Below the pieces are notes generated by a model. The model saw only the letters and a program-made list of their open reading frames with translations, had not been told where the DNA came from and did no database searches. DNA of 64,000 bases, from assembly GCA_013239625.1 (NCBI GenBank), contig MU053561.1, forward strand, positions 4,881,214-4,945,213. The letters run 5' to 3'. Source of the DNA: Lama guanicoe (Eukaryota). A program made the position numbers and the translations under genes. This document shows positions 35,924 to 48,529 of this stretch, piece by piece (the first letter of the stretch is position 1; every line of letters starts with the position of its first letter).

Positions 35924-37139
35924 TTACACACACACACGTGCATGAGAGAAGTACGAACTGTTTAATATTGCAAAATGTCCTTCAACTGCTACGTGCGGGT
36001 GTTGTGAATACTACAGTAATTATGGGTAACTCCAGAATCACAAATTGGAACATGAAAAGAAGCAAGCAAATGGACATGTGACGCAGATCGCATTATGCAA
36101 GAATCTATCGCATTCTTGCTGTGTGAGAGGAAGGATTTGACATTTTAATTAATTTGTCTTTTCTTTGATCTTAGTGCTTCTGTCAGTCAATCACCCCTCT
36201 TCCCCAGCTAACACACATTCTGAAATAATGTCCATCTCCAACAATGAGAAGCAACACAGCCCACAGATCTTGATGCTCAGACACAACCACCTTTTGTTTC
36301 AAGGACATAAGAAAAGAGATGTGGAGGAAGTGTGGTCCTGGGACCTGGATGGCATCATTTCAAGAGAGGGTGTTTAAGGTTACGGGTCATGTTGTACCAG
36401 AGTTGAGCAGCAGATCCCTAGTGACAGAGATACCTACATTTTCCTTTATAAATATAGTTTCTATGAATTTGTGGCATGGGGGAAGGGCTCAAACCTGAGG
36501 CCCAGGGCAGGGGTGAGGAGACGCCCTGTCCCTTTATCACCCTTGGGTTCTGAGCGGGAACACAGGCGAGCCAAGAGGCTGTGAATATCGGATCATTAGC
36601 GTTTCCCAGCTCTTTTGCAGAACAGCATGCTGTTTGGCTGCCAAAATATTAGGATTGAAAGCAGCTGGCAAAAATGTTTAGTGAGGAAGTGAGCCTGCTT
36701 GGAGAAGCCAAAGGGAAAATTCCTCCGAGACTGGGACACGAGAAGGAACCTGGCTCTCGGGTCCTCTTTTGGAAGACTTCGCTCAGTCAGGTGGGGGCTC
36801 CCCCAACCCCAGCCCCCAGGGCTCCTTTGAAGACATGGGCTCTGGGACCAGTGCTTATTGTAGGGCCTTTCGGGGCAAATGAGGCTGAGGAGGCTCCATC
36901 ATTGCCCTAAAGAAAGTCACAGCCTCATAGTGAATTTATTTTTAATGAAATTGCAAAAGAAAAAGATGTAGATAGAAAAGGCCGCCTCCACAAAATCTCA
37001 GCTAATATTCCTAAGAAGACAGTTTCCCGGAGGAATCGGATGACAATCACCTGTGTAGGTCAGGGCTGAGAGGCGAGAAATGACATGTGACTTCACTAAT
37101 AATTCATCCTTGCTTCCGTCCACGTCTTCACGGTCTACC

Positions 37140-37320
37140 AGCTAATTCTCACCACAGCCTCCAAACAAGTTCCAGGCAGTATTCCTATTTCCACTTTACA
37201 GATGAGGAACTTGACTTTGAAAGCTAGAGCAACTTGCTCAGGGAGGCACGGCCAGCAGGCAGCAGATCCAAGAGCGAGACCAGGTCTTTGGGCTCTAAGA
37301 ACAACTGTCTTTCCAGTGAC
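37140..37320 (-). mobile_element. MIR SINE
   Basis: actttacagatgaggaacttga...aacttgctcaggga. Confidence 0.7.
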
Positions 37321-38148
37321 ATCAGTGTTTCGGTCCATGGACCAGGCAGTTTTAGTTATTGTAAGGGGTTCGTGAATCCAAATGTACAATAAGTACATCT
37401 GTAGCCTCATTCAATAGATACAAAACCACTATCATGTGAAGATAGAATTTTGGACGCTGACAAAGAATTTTACAGAAGAGTGGGAACCACTCCATCACCT
37501 CACACTGCGTCAAAGTCCTCCCAGCAGAGCTGTGACAAGCTTCACCACTGGGGACACTGGGCACAAAAATTCCTAGAGGCGAGGATAATAACATAAAGTG
37601 TTTGGTCTATATTTTGTGGTGCAAGATGGACTTATAACTCAGATAGAGAACCCTACATATAGGACATAGTCGGTGCTCACGACAGTTACCAACTGACCAA
37701 GTGACTGGCTGAATCCGAGAAGAGAAACAGAAGTCACATGCCAAGGGGAAAACCAGCCTCCTGGTGGTGATGAGAGAGGAGTAGTCAGAAAGCAAATCCC
37801 GTCACCCACTAGGGAAAACGGAATGGAAACAAACAGCGAAAGTATTTAGCACATTGTTAATCACTGGAAAGCTGTTGCTTTTGGAACAGCGCAGACTCAT
37901 AAGAGGTTCTAAGGGGAACAGAAAACAACAACACAACAACAACTCAGGGCCAATTTCCTTTCTGTTCCTATTATTAGTAGCACATTTTTAAAGCACCAAG
38001 TAGGACGGTAAGGCTTTTTCAATTACTACGAGTTCATTTATTCACTTATTCAACACAATAAAAGTTCACTGAGTGCCTACTATATGCCAGGCACTGATCT
38101 GGTGTTGGGGTTGTAACAGGGAACAAAACAGACAAAAGAGTCTGCCTT

Positions 38149-41054
38149 GGAGACCGGCCAGGATGGCAGAACAGAAAGACTCAGCTCACCTCCTCTCACA
38201 GGCACACCAAAACCACAACTGTTTTAGAAAAACAATCAACGAGAAAGACTGGAACCTGCTGGAAAAGATCTTCTACAACGAAAGACATAAAGAAGGAACC
38301 ACAATGAGACAGGTGGGAGGGGCGGGCTTGCGCCATAGTCAAGCCCCGCGCCCCTAGGTGGGTGACCCCCAAACTGGAGAATAATTACATTGCAGAGGTT
38401 CTCCCCAGGGAGTGCGAGGTCTGAGCCCAGCGTTGCACTCCCCAGCCTGGGGTCCTATGCCCAGAAGATGAGCCCCCAGAACATTTGGCTTTACAGTCCA
38501 GTGGGGCTTACTTTTGGGAGACCCAGAGGGCTGGGGGAAATGGAAACTCCACTCTTAAAGGGCCCACACAAAATCTCACATGCTCCGGGACCCAGGGCAA
38601 AGCAGCAATGGAAAGAGCCTGGGTCAGACCTATCTGCTGACCTTGGAGAGTCTCCCAGGGAGGCAAGAGGTAACTGCACATCAGCCTGGGGACACAGACG
38701 CCGGCAGCAGCCATCCTTGGGAGCTCCTTCTACCATGTGGGCACTGGTGCTGGCAAGCTCAATAGGCCAAGACCTAGCCCCACCCAGCGGCCTATGGCAC
38801 CAGTGCTGGGTCGCCTCAGGCCAAGACACAGCCCCACCCATCAGCAGACAGGTTGACTAAAGACCTCCAGATCTCACAGCCACCTCTGGACTGGGCCCTG
38901 TCCACAAGCTCCCTCACCAGTGGGCAGGCACCAGCTCCGGAATCCCCTGGGCCCCATCCCTGGCCTGCAGGAAGCCTGCTGTAGACTCCAGACAAGCCTC
39001 ACCCACCAGCGGCCAGACACAAGACCCAAGAACACTACAGTCCCACAGCTTTCATGCCCAGCCTGCCTACCAGTGAGCCAGACCCCACCCTTGGACCAGC
39101 TAGGCCCCAGTCCTGCCCATTAGCAGGCCAACACAAGCTTTGGAACACCCTGGGCCCCATACGCAACTGTATCAGGAAACGGCCCCCCACCACCAGAGAT
39201 CTGAAACCAGCTCTGGGACCCTTGGACCCTGCAACCAGACTCCAAGACCTGGCTCTGCCCACCAGTAGGCCAGCACTAATCCCAGGACCTGACTTCACCC
39301 AAAAGTGGGTGGGCAACAGCTCTAGAGTATTCTAGACCCTGACGCCACCCACCAGTGAGCTAGCACTAGCCCTGGGGCCCCCGGGGGTTCTGCCGTCAGC
39401 TGCCCTGTGACCCAGCTCCACCAACCAGCAGCCAGGAGCCTCCATACAAGCCAGGGCCTGGCAACCAACTGGACGGGGGTGGGGGCCAACCAGGCCTACC
39501 CGACCCCCCACATAGTCAGCCCGCCACAACAGAAGGACTCACACGGCCCTTATAGGGGATCCCCTAGGGCATACAGCTCAGGTGATGAGAGGAGAGTGTG
39601 CTGCTGGGACACATAGGACGTCTCCTACAGAGGCTGCTTCTCCAAGGTCAGGAGATGTAACCAACTTACCAGATACATAAAAATACAAAGAGCAACTTAG
39701 GCAAAATGGGACAACAGAGGAACATGTTCTAGATGAAGGGACAAGATAAAATCCCAGAAGAAGAACTAAATGAAGCAGAGATAGGCAATCTACCCGAGAC
39801 AGAGCTCAGGGTAGTGATCACAAAGATGATCAAAGAACTTGGGAGAAGAATGGATGCACAGAGCAAGAAGTTTTAAACAAACAGAAAATATAAAAACAAT
39901 AAAACAAAGATGCATAATGTAATAATTGAAATGAAAAATAAATACACTAGAAGGAATCGACAGTAGACTAAATGATACAGAGGGATGGATCGGTGAGCTG
40001 CAAGAGAGAGTAGTGCAAATCACTGAAGATGAACAGAAAAAGGGAAAAAGAATGAAGAGAAATGAGTACAGAAAACATCAAGTGCACTAATATTCCCATT
40101 CTAGGGGTCCCAGAAGGAGAAGACAGACAGAAAGGGCTAGGAGAATATCTGAAGAAATAGTAGCTGAAAACTTCCCTAACCTGGGAAAGGAAATAGAAAT
40201 CCAACTCCAGGAAGTACAGAGAGTCCCATACAGGATTAACTCAAAGAGGAACACACCAAGATACACTGTGATCAAAATGACAAAAATTAAAGATGAAGAG
40301 AGAATATTAAACGCAGCAAGGGAAAAGAAACAAGTTATGTACAAGGGAACTCTCAAAAGACTATCAGCTGGCTTTTCAGCAGAAACTCTGCAGGCCAGAA
40401 GGAAGTGGCCTGACATAGTTAACGTGATGAAAGGGAGAAACCTACAACCAAGAACACCCTGCCCAGCAAGGCTCTTGTTGAGATTTGATACAGAGATCAA
40501 AAGCTTGAGAAACAAACAAAAGCTGAAAGAGCTCAGCACCACCAAACCTGCTTTATAAGAAATGTTAAAAAGAACTTATCTAGGCTACAAAGTAAAAGTC
40601 ACAACTAGAAACATGAAAATTGTGAAATGGAAAAAAAAAAAAAGAAAAAGCTCATCAGGAAAGGCAAACATACAGTAAAGGTGGGAAATCATCCACACAC
40701 AACGCTAGTAGGAAGGTTAAAAGACAGAAGTTTTAAGATCGTCTATATCCACAATAGGCAGTTAAGGGATATACAGAACAATTCGATTTAGAATATGATA
40801 TCAAAAACAGTAATTGTGAGGGGAGGAGAGTACAAATGCAGGTCTGTTGAAATGCATTTGAAATTGAGAGATCAGAAACTTAAAACAATCACATATATAT
40901 AGCTATATATAAATACCTCATGTTAACCATAAACTGAAAGTCTCTAGTAGATGCACACACACACAAAAGAAAAAGAAATCCAAATTTAATGCTAAAGATA
41001 GTCATCAAGTCACAAGAGAGGAGAACAAAACAAGAAGGAACAAAAAAGACCTAC
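38149..41054 (+). mobile_element. L1 5' half (5' UTR, ORF1, inter-ORF spacer) lacking ORF2, flanked by TSD
   Basis: 5' start ggagaccggccaggatggcag (YY1-like); GC-rich repetitive 5' UTR; decayed ORF1; ends aaaaaagacctac; TSD aaagaKtctgccKt at 38135-38148 and 41055-41068. Confidence 0.85.
39706..40583 (+). pseudogene. Decayed L1 ORF1p
   Basis: MGQQRNMF*MKGQDKIPEEELNEAEIGNLPETELRVVITKMIKELGRRMD...; C-terminal IKMTKIKDEERILNAAREKKQVMYKG..RLSAGFSAETLQARRKW..NLQPR..PARL; stops and frameshifts present. Confidence 0.9.
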
Positions 41055-42864
41055 AAAGATTCTGCCGTATGGAGCCTACATTCTAGACGACAAAGAAGTG
41101 AAAATGTGCACTGCAGAGCACATTAGATGCTGATAAGCGCTACAGAGATAGGGAGGCGGGGGAAGCCGACATGGGAGAAAACTTGCAATTTTAAACAGGC
41201 TTAGGGAAAGCCTCACTGAGAAAGTGATATTTCAGCAAAGCTTGAGGATATAAGGGAGCAAGTCAGACAGGTGTCTGAGGGAAAGCATGCCTGGTATGTT
41301 CACGAAGCAGCTAGGAGAGCATTGTGCAAAGTGGAGTCAGCAAGGTAGGGTGAGGCTGGAGGGGGAATTAGGAGCCCAGGTTACACAGGACTGTACAGGC
41401 TGCTGAAGGGGCTTGGAGTTTCATCCCAAGTAATGATCTGACTTGCATTTCAACAGGTTTTTCTGGCTAATGTGTTGACAATGAAAGTAGGGAGTCAAGG
41501 GTGGGATTAAGGAGACCAGCTAGGAGATTCTGCAGAAAATCTAGGAGAGAGATGATGGTGGCCTGGGCCGTGGTGGGGGCAGTGGAGGTGGTGAGAAGTG
41601 GTTGGATTTTGGATATATTATGAGGGTGGAAGAGACAAGATTTGGTAAAAGATTAGATGCAGAGTGGAAGGGAAAGAGATTTATCAAACGTGATGCCAAG
41701 GTTTTGAACCTGAACAATGGTTAAGGATACAGTTGCCATTAACTATTCACTGACATGAGGAAGGCAATGGAGAGAGTGTGGGTTTGGGGAAGGAAATCCC
41801 AAGTTTGGTTTTGATGGGATTAAGTCTGATATACCTGGTATCTGAATTTCAAGGGAGAGGATCATGTTTGAAATATAAATTTGGAAGTCATAGCAAATAG
41901 ATGGTACTGAAAACATTTCCCAACAGAGTATTTAGAGAAGAAAGGGGTCAGAGAATTGAACCCTGGGGATTTGAGCAGGATGGAATCCACAGAGAGGAAC
42001 GGAGAACGACTGGTCTGTGAAGCAGGAGGGAACCAGGAGAGTGGAGATTCCTAGAGTCGAGTGAAGAGACTGTTTGAGGAGGCAGCAATGGTTTCAACTG
42101 TGTCAGAGGCTGCTGACAGATCGAGCAGGGTGAGGACTGAGAATTGAGCATTAGATTTAGTGACACTGACGTCAGTGGAATGGGGTGGGGTGACCAATAG
42201 CTTGACTTTCAGGATTTAGGAGAAACCAGTGAAGATGTAGACAGATGCTCTTTTGAGGAGTTGGATGCAAAATGGGGTGTAGAGAGAGTGTGGTTGGAGG
42301 GGGCTGTGAGTCCAGAGAGGTTTTATATTTTTATTTTTTATTTTTTTGAGAGGTTTTATTTTTTATTTCCTAATGTGGGAGAAGTTATAGCACGTTTATA
42401 AGTTGATGAGATCATCCAGTTCTTTGGAGGGAAAACTGATGATGTGAGGTAGAGAGGAATTGCTGGAGAAAAGTCCTTGAGCAGGTGGAAGGATGCGGTT
42501 CCAAATACAGGTGTAGGGGCTGGCCTCAGACAGAAGCACAGGTGAGTCCTTTGTAACAGAGGAGGAACGCGAATGCGTGGGCATGGATGCCGGCAGGAGG
42601 TGAGAAGGTGGTGGGAGATTCTGGATGTTCTCTGATGGCTTCCGTTTTCTCAGTGAAATAGGAAGCAAAACCATGGACTCAAAGTGAGGAGAGGGGAGAG
42701 GTGTTGGATGTGTGAGAGGAGACATCCATTCCAAGTCTGTTATGCAGATTAACTGAGATGACACAGCACAGGGCCTGGCACATAGGAGATGCTTGTAAAT
42801 GTCAGTGTCTTTCCCTCGAACAGAAAGGAGTTCCTCTACTGTGTTGTGATTGTTGTTCACAGCA

Positions 42865-43530
42865 ATTTTATTTTTTAAGCACACATATTGTTTTTCTTAT
42901 TAGAGTAATACATTATGCTCAATATCGAGAATTATGGAAAACGCAAAAAATATAAAGAAAAAAATCACAATCGTTCCTCAAACAAAACAGCTATTAATAG
43001 TTTAACATATATCCTTTCAGCCCCCTTTTCTCTGCTTATGCATTATCTCTATATTTTTTTGTATGCAGCTTTTCCCACTTCACATTCTGTTTCACTACTT
43101 TTTCATGTCATTTGGTAGTGTCTAAAATATGATTTTTAATGGCTGTACGGCATTCCATCATGTGCTTGTTCCACCATTTATCTTAAAACTTCCCTATTTT
43201 GGACACTAAAGTTAATATCAATTTTTTGCGTTTATAACTAACACTGCAATGGACATCTTTGCAGAGAGATCCTTATGCTCTGATGAGTTCTTGAGTAAAC
43301 TTTTAGTAATGGAATTATTGAGTCAAAGGGTAGGAACATTTTTAAGCCTCCTGATACGTATTGACAAACTAACTGCCTTCCAGAAAGTTTACACTAATTT
43401 TCATTTCTTCCAGCAACATATGAAAGTGCCCTGGCATGATCATTTTTAAAACCTTTGCCAAGTTGGTATTGATTTATTGTTTTAATTTGCATTTCTTTGA
43501 TGACTTATTCATATGTTTACTTGATTTGCA
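42865..43530 (-). mobile_element. Ancient L1ME-type fragment
   Basis: gatttttaatggctgtacggcattccatc...atggaattattgagtcaaaggg...gccttccagaaagtttacactaattt. Confidence 0.65.
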
Positions 43531-44189
43531 TTTCTCTGGAATGCCTCTGTGCAGGGGAGTTTGGCTTGAAGAAGAGCCTCTCAGTGGAAATACTTTTGAA
43601 GCCACTGGAGTGGTCCAGGCTGATCCCTTTCTGTGACGTTTCCCTGGACAAGGACCCCAGCTCCAGGAAGCTGCGTGAGGGACACAGTCCTCCAGCCCCT
43701 TCCTGTCCCTGAATGGCATCTCCACACTGGGGTGACTTTAGCGGTTGTTGTAGGATTCCTTCCAAATCCTAGGGGACCCAAAGTCCTTTTTAATATTCCA
43801 CGAAGAGAGAATTTCATCCCTGACCTGGCAAACAGGAGCCATCACAGGAGCGGGGATGAACCTACAAAGAGGGCGGCATGCTTGCCTCTACTGCTCCGGG
43901 TGTAGCGTCGGAGACTTGTTTTAAAATTAAATACTCTTTCTCACCTGATGGGAGGAAACTGAAACCGCTGCATTATTAGCACTGTTTTTTTTTTCAATGC
44001 TTCTCCCTAAAATGTCTTTAACAGTCATTTTAGTTGGTTGAGATTCATCTGGTCCTTTTTTATTCTAAGCATCAGAGACCCCTCTGAACAGAAGCTTTAG
44101 CCGAAAAAGAAGTTATCCTGGTAAATTTCTAGGGAATAGAAAAACTCCCTTTTCAAACAGCTTATTTTGTTAGAGACGGCTTCACTTTC

Positions 44190-44425
44190 ACTCTCTCTCT
44201 ACACACACACACGCACACCCATTACTACCACTACATCTGTTCCCTACCGCACTCATAGCACATCATGCACATCACGCCACACTCACACACACCACACACA
44301 CACTTGACCTACACAACACACATGACATCAGACTATACACTGCACTGCACATGAACACACACACACCACTTACACCCCACCACCATAGCTACCACCACAT
44401 CCAAAGCCCCTGCACACATACACAT
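44190..44425. repeat. Degenerate CA-rich low-complexity tract
   Basis: Repeated acac/cacca units. Confidence 0.8.
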
Positions 44426-45289
44426 GTCCCTTCTCCCTCCATAATTCCTCCCATCCAGCCCTCCACCCTTGAGATTTTAAAACCCTTGCTCCATGACATC
44501 CATGGGGATGAAAGGGACGTGTGCTGCCCAGCCCACATTTCATCTTACTCCCTGTTCAGGAGGAGGGTGGGGCAGGGGCATAGTAGGCTCCAGCCAGGGC
44601 TCTGGGATGGATCAGAGGATTATTTAGAAATTAGTGAGTCGTTTGTGAAGCAGTAACTACAGTCCAGAGCAAGCCCTGGACTGAGACTGTCTCCCTTCTT
44701 ACTCATTAATATGGCTCATGGAACTTGCAATCTGGAATAAATCGAGTCTAGGGCAGATGGTCAGGCCGAGATGATAAAAGCCTTGAGGCAGCCACCCTTC
44801 TAATTCTCCTCTACTCTCCTCATTTCAAGATAAAGAAATTTTAAAGAATAAAGTCTCAGAGGTATGAAGGAACTCCAACCATATCGCTCTGCTAATTAAA
44901 AAGAGCAAATCTAATCAACTTTGATTATCAGCTTTAAGGATTATCGCTGGTAACATTTTCATGCCTCAGCAGTTCCTCCCTTCCCACTCCTCCTTTAGAA
45001 TTACTCCCCTCTCCCACTTCACCAGAGTCTTCTCAGAGACCACGGGCTATTTTTAATACCTGCCTTGGGAAAACATCATTCAGAAAGCAATCTGCTACAA
45101 ACCATCCCAGCTAGGCAGTCCAGAGCACCTAAATGATGTCCTGAGTACCTGTGTATTGGGATTATCCACGCCACTGCTCTGTCCTCCCATCAGTTTGGAT
45201 GATTGGAAATTATTCCCTCTTGACTAGAGGTGTCCAGGTTGAGTCACTTATGCTCAGGAAATGATTTCCACCAACGGCAGTCAAGATCG

Positions 45290-45470
45290 TTGTGGTTGAG
45301 ACCCTGAGCTTTGGATTCAAATGTAAGACTATCTGAATCCAAACCACACTGGGCCCTAGACCCTGAGCCTAATGGTTAGTAACAGTATTTACTTCACAGG
45401 GTAGGTGGAGAGGGTTAAATGAGGCGGTGCCCAGTGCCTGGCACCAGCAACGCTGCAATAAATGGTAGCT
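45290..45470 (+). mobile_element. MIR SINE
   Basis: tgtggttgagaccctgagctttgga...gagggttaaatgag...cagtgcctggcacc...taaatggtagcta. Confidence 0.65.
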
Positions 45471-47431
45471 ACTTTTGCTAGGATATGCTCTAAGTTTCTG
45501 CGGCCAAAATATCTCATAGATGGGCACCTCATGCTAGAGCTTTTCTCGCCCTGATAATGCCCTGAAACAGGAAACAAGGAGGGGAGGTTTTAGCTGCACG
45601 TTTTCAAAAAGATGAACTGTCATTCCTTAGTGGTAGTGAGAGACCAGCGGGGAGGTACCTGTGTTTTCCTCTGCCTGTTCCCAGCATCAGTGGCCTGGGG
45701 TCATCACAGTGAGTGACCACGTGGGAACTGTGTCCCTGCCCTTCCCACAGTTCTCCTACTGAGACCCTCTTTGCCCATTTCAGCTTGTCCATCCGTCTGG
45801 AAAGAGGCCTCCCTTCTGCTTTGTACTAAATTGGCAAGTCATTATTATAGTAACAATACCTGTGATTACCAGTTAATCTCTCTTTCAATAGTAAATTATT
45901 ATTATGTACTTGGCTAAAAAGGCCTGTGCTGTTGTAATTTGTAAAGGCCAGATTAAGCAGAATAATAAAACTTAAAGTAGTAACAATGACATCTTGCATT
46001 TCCATGGTGCATTTATTTTTCAAGTACATAGTACGTCAGCAAGCTACTCCCTGACCTCCCTTGGCCAAAAAATCCTGGCATCAGGCATTTTATCCTGTTT
46101 GGAGCCCTAAGTTTTGGGGTCATATGGCCCTTCAGCAAGCATATGTGGTGCATCTTCAGGCAACAGCCACATCAGCCAGACCTGGGAAGGGGGAGGGGGG
46201 TGTTTTTCTTCAAACATGTGGCCCTGACCCCAAAGAGGCAGCTTCTTTATTATGGCCACTTATTATTTACAAAGCACTGCAGGTGTACATGGCATTTTAT
46301 GAGACACAAAGACAGGGTCCCTGCCCCGTGCACCAAGAGGTTTTCTCCAGCATTTCATCTGTCTGTGTCGAGCTGTGGGAACACAAGGCAATCAGGGCTG
46401 AAGAGCTGACTGCGGTGTCTCAGATGTCAGGGTGGAAGGAAGGATTTCTGACAAGGAATTTTAAATGGGGAAAGTCAGGTGCGTGAAACTTGGGGCATCA
46501 TTCCAAGATCCAGAAGAGGTTTAGTGATGTCCTATGACCCAGCCTGCGGAACAGAAATTCTGCCTGTGTGCTCTGGAATAAGACAAATGCTCTATTGCTC
46601 CCAAGAACCCCTTTTACCAGCCCATACCTCCCAGGCATTGCTTTCCTGCCAGTTGTCTTGCTTTCCTCTGTTTTGCTTTGGGGACTGATCATGGCAGGGA
46701 GGATCATAAGTCAGTTTTTTAAAAATGCATTATTATTAATTCACTGTGTATTTTTAAGCAGATTCATTTCCCTTCCTTGAAGGGTAAATTTCAGGGTATT
46801 TGGACCCTGAGTCTTTAGCCGTCTGCTCCCACTGGTCAATTAGTCTTCTTCTGTCTGTATCTGTCTCAGTCAAGCTGGCGCTAATGGCATGTGGCCATCA
46901 CCTGCCTGCATCATCCTTCCATCCACCCAGCAGACACTCATCATGTAGCTGCCCTGGAACAGGCCAGCCTGAAAAGATGAGCAAAACCCCATCCCTGCAC
47001 CCAGAAGCCACAGGCTAAGAGAAATGAGGATGTGAAAAATCAGTGAGGTTGAGGCCAAAGCTGTCCTCTCCTGTGGAAAGGATGGAGGGTTGGCTACATG
47101 AGCACAGAATCCTTCAGGGCTTTTAATCATTCATTTGGAGACATTCCTGGGTTCCCACTCGCAGAATAAGGGCTCAAATTCTAGGAAGGCTCAGAGATGT
47201 AGGCTTGCCCTGGGCTCGGGAAAACTGATCACGTCCTTGGCATGGGGTTCTTCCTGCTTAGAGCTCAGGGCTTAGTCCAATACCAGGCAAGTTTTGCAGC
47301 CAGAAACAGATATAAATTTGGCTGAGCAGCACTAGGGAAAGCAGAATAGATTCTGTAATGTGCCGAATATGCACCAGATGGCTCTGCTTCCTACCAGCCC
47401 TGTAAGGCTGGTTCACAAAGCCTACTGCCCT

Positions 47432-47481
47432 CCATCACCACCAGCGCCACTGTCATCACCATCATCATCACCATCATCATC
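47432..47481. repeat. Imperfect (CAT/CAC)n microsatellite
   Basis: catcaccacc...tcatcaccatcatcatcaccatcatcatc. Confidence 0.8.
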
Positions 47482-47708
47482 AAATCTTATTAGAAGCCCT
47501 CTGGTACCCGGCATTCTGCAGAGCATGCCACCTCTGGATGTTTAGTTGAGAATATTTCCTACCTCCCTCCCCTCTCTCAGCCTCCACATCCCAGTGGTGT
47601 TTGTGGTCTGGGTTATTATTTCCTCTGCAATCCTCCCCTCTCTGCCTCTCTATTTCCCACCACCACACTTACTCTGTTCCTTCTTCTTACTCCCTTCCAC
47701 TTTCCAAG

Positions 47709-47880
47709 CCGGTGTCTCTCAAAGTATGGACCTCATACCTCAGGCATCAGAAGCATCTGGGGAGTGTGTGTAGATCTGAGAGCCCCTCTTTCCCCTCACC
47801 ATGCTCATTCAGAGTGTCTGACGGTAGTCCACGGTCATTTGCATTTGTGACTCTCTTATAACAGAATTTGAGAAATGCTG
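47709..47880. mobile_element. MER5-type hAT-Charlie element
   Basis: gtgtctctcaaagtatggacc...gcatcagaagcatctgggga...aatttgagaaatgctg. Confidence 0.7.
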
Positions 47881-47938
47881 CCCCACACTCTCTGCTTCCA
47901 ACAAGAGCCAAATACTTAAAGTTTTCCAGCTTCCCAGT

Positions 47939-48085
47939 TTTTTTTTTTAATTTAAAAAAATGGGGGGGGTTAATTAGGTTTATTTATTTAAAAACGTTTT
48001 TCTTTTTAATGGAGGTACTGGTGATTGATCCCAGGACCTCGTACATGGTAAGCACACACTCTCCCGCTGAGCTATACCCTCCTGC
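47939..48085 (-). mobile_element. tRNA-Ala-derived SINE (Vic-1 type)
   Basis: taattaggtttatttattt...aatggaggtactggtgattgatcccaggacctc...ctgagctataccctcc; short TSD cccagt. Confidence 0.88.
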
Positions 48086-48148
48086 CCCAGTGCAGCTTTG
48101 CAGTTTAGAGAGGCACAGACCGGAAGCCAGCTCTAGAAGGGACACCAA

Positions 48149-48284
48149 CAGTGATGTGACAAAGCTGGCCTGTACGTGATGGCAAGAGCAACATTTTCAG
48201 GACATTTGTAAGCTGATGGTCAAACCACTGGTAGTTTAAAATCACCCCGCTTTTTCTGAGAATCAGTTTACCAGCACATCACCG
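48149..48284. mobile_element. MER63-like hAT-Blackjack element
   Basis: cagtgatgtg...ttttcaggacatttgtaagctg...tttaccagcacatcaccg termini. Confidence 0.6.
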
Positions 48285-48529
48285 AACACTGAGTATCAAC
48301 TAGCCGCACACTGTGATTCGCAGATGAGAGCATTAAGGGCCTGAGAGGTAAAGGTATCTATCCAAGGTCTTCTGACAAGTGAGGATGGAATCACAGCTAG
48401 AATCTAAGCCTCGTAGCCTTGGTTCTGATGCACATGAAAGCCCTATTCCTTTTTCATAATGACTTGGTCTCTGTTCGGAGATTGGTTTGTAAGGATTTCT
48501 ACATAGAGTTCCCATGCGTATTTATTACT

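Larger units (their letters stand above)
33513..36528 (-). mobile_element. hAT-Tip100 (Zaphod-like) transposon remnant hosting L1, SINE and MER20 insertions
   Basis: Minus strand 35170-35275 reads SLPSIEHTT*ISCSHNNTISDFAETKT*KIKFM, like a hAT transposase C-terminus; imperfect termini cagacgtgtccctca / tgaggagacgccctg; no TSD recovered. Confidence 0.5.
38033..42750 (-). mobile_element. L2 LINE (minus strand), split by the L1 at 38149-41054
   Basis: Tail ttcatttattcacttattcaaca...gagtgcctactatatgccaggcactg; resumes atggagcctacattctag at 41069 and continues (ggagagagatgatggtggcctgg, gtggttggattttggatatatt). Confidence 0.85.
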
